Made by a program: the position numbers and the translations under genes. Below are positions 53,801 to 64,000 of a DNA stretch of 64,000 bases, piece after piece. The stretch spans positions 11,160,001 to 11,224,000 of the forward strand of contig NC_092674.1 in NCBI RefSeq assembly GCF_964355755.1. The letters run 5' to 3'. The notes under the pieces were generated by a model. That model did no database searches. It was not told the origin of the DNA and saw only the letters and a list, made by a program, of their open reading frames with translations. Numbering within the stretch: the stretch's first letter is position 1; each line of letters opens with the position of its first letter. Origin of the DNA: Antedon mediterranea (taxonomy: Eukaryota > Animalia > Echinodermata).

Positions 53801-56489
53801 ATGTTAACCATTTTGACGGAAGTGATTTAGCTCACAGATTGGATCCCACGGGCATGCACGTAGCTGTTAAATTTAATTCAGAACATGTTCGTATAAATAT
53901 TGTTTTTGCAAGAATGAATACCGTAACACAAACTGCTATGTCTTTTAAATCAGGAATTATGGAATACCTCACTGGATAACATATAAATAAACATGCCTAC
54001 CTTAATTTAATAATGAATATGAAATTAGTTACATAGGCTATGAAAAGAAATTTAAAAAGTGAAGAATATAAATAGGTTAGGCCCCCCAGTGCTAGGTAGT
54101 TGATGCAAAGATGAGTTAAGAATACACTTGAGAATGTAGTAATCCTCTGATACGGATGTAATTAATTAAAGGGTTCTAAACAGCCTAGACTGTATTATTA
54201 TTACCTAGTATGCTATCTAGGTTACATGTTCCTGTCACAATCATTCAAGTAACACTTCTAGCATTTCATGTTTTCCTCATCATTTTTTCTGGAAATCATT
54301 AGTTAAGTTTCATTGATCTAGGTTTTATAAATAGGGAAACTCTGGATTTAAATGTCTACCTTCTTTCTAACATTTAGAATCCAATATTATTTGAATTTAA
54401 TATTTTTTCTCTAAATCATTAGTTAAATATCATTGATTCTGAATAATTGGCAACTAATAATCATAATTCAGAGAAACACTTGAATTTAATGTTTTCCCTG
54501 TTGTTATTCATTTTTTTGTGGAAATCTTTAATAGCTAAATTTTTATCCCGAAATTTTTGTTTTATCCTATAATATTTTCTAGGTTTTTAGAGTTAAAATT
54601 GCTATTTCTACCTTTCTGCTCCAATACTGAACCACCTATCCCTCTTCCTCCTAAACACAGGTCATATATCGGCAACTTATGATCAGATTGAAAGGAAGCA
54701 CTTGGAAAAATAAATACATTGATTTATTCTAGAATCCATTTATAGAATCTCGGTACATGTTATTAATCAACTTGCTATTAACGAATTACACCATAAATTA
54801 ACTGAAAATATTACGATTCATAAATAATCCTCTTACGATTTTCCCGACTATGATCAATTAAAAGCTGCCGGTACTCATCTGAAGCATGTAAATGCTGCCC
54901 TCTATTTTCATTACAGGTATATTACTGCAACGCTCCAAATGTTCCAGCTAAGAATTACTTTGAGCCCTCATCCAAGGCAAAAATTAATTTTCATGCAAAT
55001 ATTAAAATTAACAAATCTTGTAATCTAACAAATTGGATTGAAGCATATGTACAGGATTGACAGAGATTTGTCTGTTTTGTATGAAGAAGTGTAATCACAT
55101 TCTCAAGTTTAATCCCATCCCCTAATTTAGGCTAAAGACCTTGGTCAATTCCATCGCTAAAATTCAATCCAAGTATAATCCCGTTCTCAAATATTTTCCC
55201 AAATTTCATAACCAAGTATACTGTACATGGAGTAATGTTTATTATGGATACCTACTGTACATGTATTTTAATATTTCAGTTAAATGAATTACGTTTGAAA
55301 TATAATATATAGGTATTTCATTATTATTAATTTTCCAGTAGTACTGTAGGTGACTGGTCTAATTAAAAAATGTATCTGTCTCAAAATAGAGAAACACCAG
55401 ATATGTATATCATTCATTCAGGATAGTTACAATATTTCAGTAATGAATTGAAAGTGGTTTTAAATTGATAACAACTGCAAGGTAACAACACCCAGCAGGT
55501 GAGGTGCTAAAGGTGATAACATCAGGGTGCAATCCTAATCAAAGCAATTACATTAACATCTAAATGATGCATGATATTCTGTACAGGTCTTCAACTTAAA
55601 TATTACTTTCTGATCAACAACAAAATTACAGTAATTAATCACAACACCATAGAACTTCAACCTCATGGGACATCTTGACAGGGGTTATCATATAGACAGA
55701 CAAGTTTTGTTGATACTAGGAAGTATATTATCTCTCACATACCAGGATTGAGGAAAAAATACTTCTATGATACCAATTCAATCATCCCACACGGGGCAAT
55801 TCAAATAAAAAGGTCTGGATTAAAATGATCTTACAAAATATACAAAATATCACAGTACAATATAACAAGAGTCAAAGAGGAGAAGAAGATTCATATGGTA
55901 GAGTAAAAGACCCTCAGCCCGCAACTAAGGTTTGGTTGACGTAAGAAAAATGATAAAATTCTTGACACTCGTTTGCTAAAGTGAAGTCATGTAATAACAG
56001 TTATGAACGTTAAAAATCATAGAACACAAAACACTATCAACCATGTCAAATCAGGGAGGTAAAATCTCCCTGATTAACCTCGCTGGTCAAATAGTGTAAA
56101 TGAATAATGTACAAATGCTGTGAAAATTGTCACCAGACAAAAAGATAAATGGTACGCCTTATGTCTGGCAAGAATGCAAATTATGACAAAGTTGAAATCA
56201 ATTTTAAGGTGAAATGCTTTAATTAAATACAGTATTAACAAAAAAAATGTTGTTTGGTAGAGTTCCCACACTATCAGCAGGTTCTGTCGGTCTTTTAATA
56301 TGTCAGTTAGTTTACTGGACATTTAGTTTACTGGCGCTGAACTGACTAATTATTTATATAGTTTGACTTTTAAAAAGTCAGTGTAACTATGGTTTGAAAT
56401 AGAAATAGTTTTTGAACAATGTACTGTGAAGATTTTAAACAGTTGAGAGGGAATGCATCTATTTATCATTTAATAGGAGTCAATTTCAT

Positions 56490-56843
56490 CATTTATTATT
56501 ATTGTTATTATTATTATTTATTCTTTATACTGGGTAGCCTCTTCAGTCACAGACTGTTTTTCCAGAGGGCCCAGTGTATATGATGACTTTGTGACAGTGG
56601 CTGTTGTGTGTGATCTAGTACACCGGGGTAACCCCCTACTCGTCTCGAAAGATGTACTAGGTTCTTTAAAGTACACATGAGCTAGATATGTACACTAGAC
56701 CTACGGTTTATAGTCCTTATCCGAGAAGACTTGTTCTACCACCAGAACCTTGCAGCAAGTGAGTCTCAAACCTTTGCCGATGTAATGGCTACGTACTGTA
56801 ATTACAGTTCCACTGTCTTTAAACCGCTCGGCCACTCACTTGC
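56490..56843 (-). mobile_element. tRNA-derived SINE with Deu/Nin-like central domain
   Basis: Head agtgagtggccgagcggtttaa (A box). Core tcggataaggactataaaccgtaggtc...ttaaagaacctagtacatctttcgagacgagtagggggttaccccggtgt resembles the DeuSINE/AmnSINE domain. (AAT)n tail. Confidence 0.7.
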
Positions 56844-59267
56844 TTCATTGATTTACTGACATAAAGAAACCATTAAATATTTGCCTTCAATAGTAAATGT
56901 ACACAAAACAAAGATGAACAAGAAGGCCTTATAAGTATACTTTGATCCAAAATTAGTACTGTTTTAAATACAGGGTTCTGAACCTTGTATAATTCATTGT
57001 GATAGCGAAATCATAATGTTGCCTAGTTTGTATGTACTTCTATCTGGAGTGGATCCAGGAGGAAAAGGAGATATTTATTTTTAGAAAGCCACGGCTCTTG
57101 TTCCCCCGCCCGGATTTACTAGCCTCGCTCGCAAACATCCTTCTTCCTAAAAAACATTCAGAATGTTTATCTCCTTTTCTGTGTGTTTGTATTAGACACA
57201 ATTTCTTTAGTGATTACGGATGTTCCGTAGTATTTCCGAGAACCCAGTTTATATGCAAGAATAGCAGCAGTAGCACTGTAGTAGCACATTATGGATGCAC
57301 TTACTATTGCTGTTGGACAAGTCAATACACTCAGTATATTCATACAGGCTCTCCCTGGTGACATTTCTAATACTTTGGTAATTTCTAGCACTCATAAATT
57401 TAGATTGTCAAGCTATACTAGAATACTAAATATGGTACTTAATTAACACTCAAATTGGTAATTAAAAAAATCAAAAGAAAAGGTTAAAATTTCACCATGA
57501 TTTAAAAGCGTAAAATATCAATAATTGGCGAAATTAAAATTTTATTTTTTAATTACTATTATAATCGAAGACATATCTATATGGAAACTGTAGATAATTA
57601 TATTTATTAATTTATTAAGTATTAGGTAGAATTAAATACTGTGTATTTATTTCGAATCGCTTTAAAAAAGTACATACAAAGAAAAGTTGATTGAATAATA
57701 ATATTCCTAGTTAATTATGTGGACATTGAAATCATAAGGAATAATGATTTTTCTTTATAACTCATCTAGCTTGATTTAATATGATGTGATTTGCAGCCCT
57801 CAACATTTTGTGTGGGATGGGGGAATAATCTCTGTCTTGCAGCCTACTATGTTGACCACACATACAAACTTCATTTCAGCCACTGAACAGTGCTTAGGGC
57901 CAGTACACCTGGTATAATAAGCCTCAGTTGTTTACTTAAGCCCTATCTTAACTTAAAAAGCAAAAAGATTGATAAATGGCAGCCCCGGAATTGTATACTA
58001 TGAAGAAAGAAGCCTAGTTGGCGTAATCTCAGAAGAAGCCTACTCAAAACAAATGGCATTATTCTACATACATTAGGACATAAAGCTGAGATTAGGGTTT
58101 TATCTTGAATCCTTGATCATAAAATTTATATGTGGTAAAATTTATAAACACATTTAAACAAATCCTTTTGTCACAAGAAAGAATTACAAAATACTTTAAG
58201 TAGGTTAGTATAGATTTGTTTCTTATCCTATGACGACAAAATTACGGAATCATTTCTTTGCAATTAGCAGTTATCAAAATATGAAATACTTCTGACGTCA
58301 TAACTTCATACTATCACAAATATTTTCTTACTAAAAAATTTGGTTACAAAAACAATGATCTGGATTTCAAAACATTGTAATTTATGGGCCAAATTTAACT
58401 TCATCAAAATAATATGATTAATAATATTGTACAAATATTTGGATAGAATGTGAATTTATGACCAAATGATATTCGCTGCATTGAGGACTCATAAAATGAC
58501 AGAAGTCATTAAAGAAAAATAAATAAACTAAACAAACAAAAAGTTTAACAAATCCGAATGAAATATAATAGGGCCTACATGTTATTCTCACAACATTTTT
58601 ATTTGAACTACAGCATACTACGGCCAATGCTGTATTATTCATTACAATTGTGGTAGGTTGAGTGTGCTAGTGGACAGGGGAGATATGGAATCCAGGCAAT
58701 AATTTCGCCAGTGTAGCACAGCAAAAAGCTAGAAAACAACCATATTGCTATTGCAGCAAAATACAATATGTAACTATGTTTCTGGACTAAAAATCATTTT
58801 CAATAGTAATATTGCTAAACAAAATTGTTAAGATAAAAGGTACCAAGGTTGATTAGCTTCGGCTATATCTTGGCTACCTTTTGAATTGAAATTGTTTGTT
58901 TGATACTACAATAAAGAAGAATAAATTATTTCGTACACAGATTTTCCAATAAAACCTAAAATTTTACTTATTTCTAATATCTATTATTTGATGAATTATG
59001 CTGATGTGAAAATGGTATAAAACAAAATAATGTATGGATCTATCCAAACAGCTTTAAGAGCTTTTCAATTGTGGTCTAATACTTGAAATAAAATATCAAT
59101 ATCAGTAATCAATTTTATTAATGTATTAATTGTTGGAAGCCCTCTTATGGATGTACACACATACAATTATTAACAGTAATCAATGTTATTGATGAAATAT
59201 TTATTAATAACAAAATGTGAAGAGTATGTAATTACTACAATGCATTAAAATATAAGGATTATTTCAC

Positions 59268-59308
59268 TTGCGATGAGGAAGGGTTAGTGTTACCCGAAAG
59301 CTCTGCAA
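59268..59308 (+). ncRNA. Degenerate minimal type I hammerhead ribozyme (Penelope-type)
   Basis: ttgcg-ATGAGGA-a-gggt(tagtgtt)accc-GAAA-gc-TC-tgcaa. Stems I and II and the palindromic AGCT stem III are present, but core C3 is replaced by A. Confidence 0.5.
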
Positions 59309-61188
59309 TTTCTTTCTGGCTGTTTTCCATTTAGCCTTTTAGCTTTTTTGTTATCTCCATTGAAATCCAGCCACTAATACTACCACAGAATTGTTATTTT
59401 GTCATTAATTTGGATTTAATATCAATAAACTACCACCCTAAAAATTCTCACAATAAACTAAAAAACAAATTTTACACAAGAAACTTCCCTATTTACTCAG
59501 ACCACCAACATGTACCAAACTAAAGATCATGGAACAAAGTTCACAAAACCATGATAATATTTATGATAGCTGAATGTTTTCAAGTATCAGATTAGAATCT
59601 AAAAGTAAACCTATCTACTGTGTTGAATAGATGATACAAGGAAATGCACTGAAAAGATTTTAATCAGAATACAGTAAACACTCTTTTGAGACACATTATT
59701 CGTATTTTCCTTCCATCAACCCTGTGCATAGTGAAGACCCCAATTTGTTTTTGATCACAAGATCATACACTCCTAAATATTTATTTTGTTTGTTTATATG
59801 TTTGAAACATATAAATAAGGTATAAAATAAAAATAATCATGTGGAATTATCACAAACTTGTTAGTACTACTGTACTTTAAAAAATGTACAAATTTATTTA
59901 TAATTTACATTGTTAAAAATGATATGCATTGAAACCATTTTTAATCGATTGAATGGATAAAATTTATACACTTTCTTTTTAAATGCTAATTATCATTGTA
60001 AGGTCTTTTAGATAGGCAATTTCTTTTTCTATACAATAATAATAATTCTATACTAATATTTCTATGTCTTAAAGCTTTTTCCCTTTGTGTTGGTTGACAA
60101 ATTAATCAATACTTATACATAAATAAAATTAATATGAATAAAGTATACTATAATTTAAATAGGAAACATTATTTGGTCTTCAGGTGGCACTAAAAAATAA
60201 AATTTTACAAAAGGTTATAAAATTTCATACAATATTTGATATCAAACTCATGTACACTAAAATTAAGATATTTAATAGTGTAATTTCTCCCCCATAAAGT
60301 TGCTTTCACCTATTGTATTTGGTTTGACCATTTTAAATATGATGGAGGCCCAGAAAAAGACTGCTGTGACTGCAGATCAGATTGAAATAACATCACAGTC
60401 TACTTATAAGAAGGTAAAACATAGTTATAAAGTTTAATACTATATTTTTGTATATAATTTTTTTAATTTTCATTGGATCAAGCAAAACAATATATGACTT
60501 TATATAAATTTATTAATATTGATTAAGATAAAAGTATTTCAATATGAACAAACAATTCTTAAAACAACATTTCTGTATGAAGTAACTTGAGTAATACTTG
60601 ATTGCTTAATATTAAGTAGTGAAAAAAAAATGTATTAAGTTTACCTTATGTTATTGTATGGAAGTCCTATTACAAGTGAGATTGTTTCACAGCTTCTTCT
60701 AAGCTGTGTATTGCTTAAAAATCATAGCTTTTGCAAAATTGTCTGTAACCTTCATCTTATGTAACTAATCCCCATAAGATTTACAAACTGTATTTGCTAA
60801 CCTTAAGCCACGTGTGCGTGCCGTAGCATAGCCTAAGGTTTGTGTATGGGACAAACTCCTTAATAATAAAATCTATCATTATTACTAGACTTGTGAAGGC
60901 TGGTGCTGTGAAATGTGAATGAATTACTCTATGGTACAGATAGGTTATCAGTATTTGGGGCATGTTTATTCATCTATGGAAAAGATATGTCTATGTGATC
61001 AGTAATCCATGTTCTGCATATTATTGACTATAAAGTCATACTGCCTGTAAATATTTATACTTCTGCTCTACAGTTTGAATAACTGTCAAAATCATATTTG
61101 ATGTATAATATTAAGAATTGTTGGCCGAAATCATAAATAAAATAGGGCTTCTTCTATTTTCTCCTACTAAACGATTACTGACTTTTAA

Positions 61189-61808
61189 AGACACCTTCCC
61201 TACGTTTTTTAGATCTTATTTAAGATTACAAACTATATTTAATGTAAAAATAATACTATATGTTCCTATTGCGGTTACTTTTTTCGTCTTTAAATGGTTA
61301 AAAATTGTGAAAAATAAGTTGATTCTAATAATTATAGCGGCCTGCTATAAATCCCAAAATGCATTGCGGGTGGATTGATATTTTTGTTTTTCTTCTGTAA
61401 TTCACTCACTTTTCGATCGATCATGAGGCCAAAACAAATGGAAAACTCCTAACATTTCAGCAAAAATACATGGTTTTCCCCAATTTGTGTCAACGGAGTC
61501 TGGCAAAAATAGAAAGACAATTAATGCAGCAACTATACGTCAGGCTAGGTATATAGCTAGCGTAAGATGTTCGTACGTTACCAATGTTTATTAGCTAGGC
61601 CTACAAAACTAAGGCCAGTTAGGCCTAAAGACCGTCCACGAGAGGTCATTCGCAGCGAGCTACTTAGGTAGTGCATTGTTGCTCACTTTTTTTCATAATT
61701 TACCATAAAACGTACATTTAACACAAGTAATGACCTGGTTTAATGTTTTTAAGGTAATATATGTATTATTTTTTTTACAAAACGTCACAAATTGTAGGGA
61801 AGGTGTCT
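61189..61808 (+). mobile_element. 620-bp TTAA-flanked MITE (Kolobok-like)
   Basis: Perfect 15-bp TIR agacaccttccctac / gtagggaaggtgtct, with TTAA on both sides. Confidence 0.88.
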
Positions 61809-64000
61809 TTAAGTAACATGGATTAAAATGTATGTAAATCTTTAACATGTATCTTATCTGTTATAACGTCCCATTAGGAAGGCTAAAATAGAATGGCGGC
61901 CTGTAACATTGTGTGCAAGTATGTCTATGTTAGATCAGTAGGATAGCACATCCTAACAGATTACATTTTGATGATATTTTGTACAGAATGTTCAAACATG
62001 TAACATTGACATTTGTACAGATGAGATAAAATAACATATTTCAGAACGTACAATTGTTTATATTGTATATCAATTTTTTTTCACAAATTTTTAATTTTTA
62101 AAAAAATTGTTCATTTCTGTATTGTATACAATTGTTACTGTGTTCACCACCTCTCAATATTAATTATGTTGTATTATTTATATCTAGGGGCATTTATTTG
62201 ATATACGTGTTTTGACCATAGTACACCCAAAAAAGCGGATAAGTTTTTGTTTCGGTAATACTTATTTTTCATCACTGCTTCAATTCTTTCATTGTTAATT
62301 GAAAACATTCACATTTCATATATAAATCATATTGTGCAATGTTAGCATCAAATGGTGTTATTAATTTTATGAGATAGTACTATTAAATTGAATGATGTAA
62401 GTGGTTTGTGTGGATGTACTACTACTTGAATTGTAACAAAACAACATGTTAGGCATAGAAGCATAAAAATAATAGCAGCAGTCAAAATAATAGTAATGTA
62501 TAATATTTTTTACAATGTAATTTAATGAGAAAAAGTGGAGGAATTCATGACATTGCATACACATTGACACAGTTCAAAACCCTTGATCTACAACTTTAGA
62601 TAGAAAACATGATGACTGGGCTATTTTTGTGTAAAAAAAGCGGCAATGCTGTCTTCAAGAAAGAACGAGAAACAATAATGGGATTACGTTTGCAATAATA
62701 GTAAATCTAGTATTTTCAACAATACAATCATCAAAATATGCACGAAAAAAGAATAAAATAAAATATATTGGATGATGAAATTTAAAGGCAAAATATTAAG
62801 ATGAAATTGTCATACAGAACTGATTTGCTGAATTATGAATTGTTAATAATGTACAGTATTAATAAAGGTGACAAGGTCACAAGACAACTACACATAAAAT
62901 ATGAATATGATTAGCTTCTATAAATAATATCTAGCAAATAATCAATACTTAAATACACGATCTGATTTTAAAAAAAAACCTCCTATTTAAAAAAAAAACC
63001 AGTTTAATATACATTATTAATATCATTTTATATTTTAAGAAATATTTGCCTTTAATGGAATTGTTTTCGATTGAGGCAGGATTATTTAATGAATTAAATT
63101 AATTTGTAAACGTCATCAGCCAGTGGGAAACCTGAAGTTAACAGGATGCAACCTAGTGTGACATCACACGTGTTTGATATACTATAACATCAACGATGGA
63201 TAATACAATTAGGCTACAATATGCGTTGTGCTAGATACACTCGCTCAAAGCATCAGTAGCTAGAAATCACTTTCTATATCTTTAATTATATAAATATAAT
63301 TTTAAAATATCTAATCTATATATCAGCCTGTATCTGGATTCCTTATTTGGTTTTGTAAGTTAGTTTTAATTTACATTTATATTTGGAGATTTAAATTAAT
63401 ATTTAATTAATAAGAATATTTCTTATTTTTTGTTAATATATCTTGAAATGCAATATTATAGTTATAAAATATTAAATTATATTATAATTATTATAAATCC
63501 CCACCACATCCTAATTTTCCTTTTTCTAACAATAGTTTGCAAAATCGTAATTGTTCTGTAATTTAAAGTTATATATTTGTCTATTTTAAACACCGTTAAG
63601 CTATCATATACCATCACCATAACCAATCAATCAGAAGAGTCTTAAGCTTAAAGGTAAGAAGTGAAAATATTGAGATCGTCACAGCATAGAAATCCCCCTA
63701 GTAAAGTGACATATTACACAGTGGTACATTCTCTTTCATCTACAATTGCGTCATGGTAACCAACTAAAGGTTACCCATGTTCCTAGGGGCAGGTGGCAGG
63801 CTGATGATGATAGATACTCTGCTTTTCAACTTTTTTGCATTTTGTAATGTCTTTCTTTATATATTACAAAATTAACATATCATGTAGTTAGGCATCTAAT
63901 TTCTATCTCCTGCTAAACTGTTGAGAATAATCATTGATTTTTGTGGTTTTTTTTTTATGATCTAAATTACTCTTTGATTATCAGAGGAAATTATATAATG

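Noticed and set aside
237-62570. Most of the 60-134-aa ORFs in the supplied track
   Set aside because: Low-complexity F/I/L/K/Y translations of AT-rich intron or repeat DNA with no recognisable domain. Only 8805-9083 (mbl exon), 44230-44412 (Myb relic) and possibly the end of 1310-1534 carry signal.

Overview
AT-rich animal (invertebrate-looking) genomic DNA, not prokaryotic. The window lies largely or entirely within one minus-strand muscleblind (mbl/MBNL) gene. The ATG-bearing exon (CDS 46672-46514) encodes CCCH zinc finger 1 and the first Cys of finger 2. After a 37.5-kb phase-0 intron come exons at 9059-8847 and 6346-6233, and the gene probably continues past position 1. Most ORFs in the supplied track are noise. 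The introns hold non-autonomous transposons: Harbinger-type elements with Myb/SANT relics, TTAA-flanked Kolobok-like MITEs, a pogo/Tc2-like MITE, a Helentron-type element, tRNA-derived SINEs (two with a Deu/Nin-like core) and a decayed Penelope-type hammerhead. The most interesting leads are inferred autoregulatory features of mbl: a circMbl-like exon with a predictable 56-aa back-splice ORF and two uORFs, a candidate poison or alternative-start exon at 31924-31666, a YGCY cluster upstream of a symmetric exon, and a near-perfect 44-bp hairpin. All of these need RNA data.
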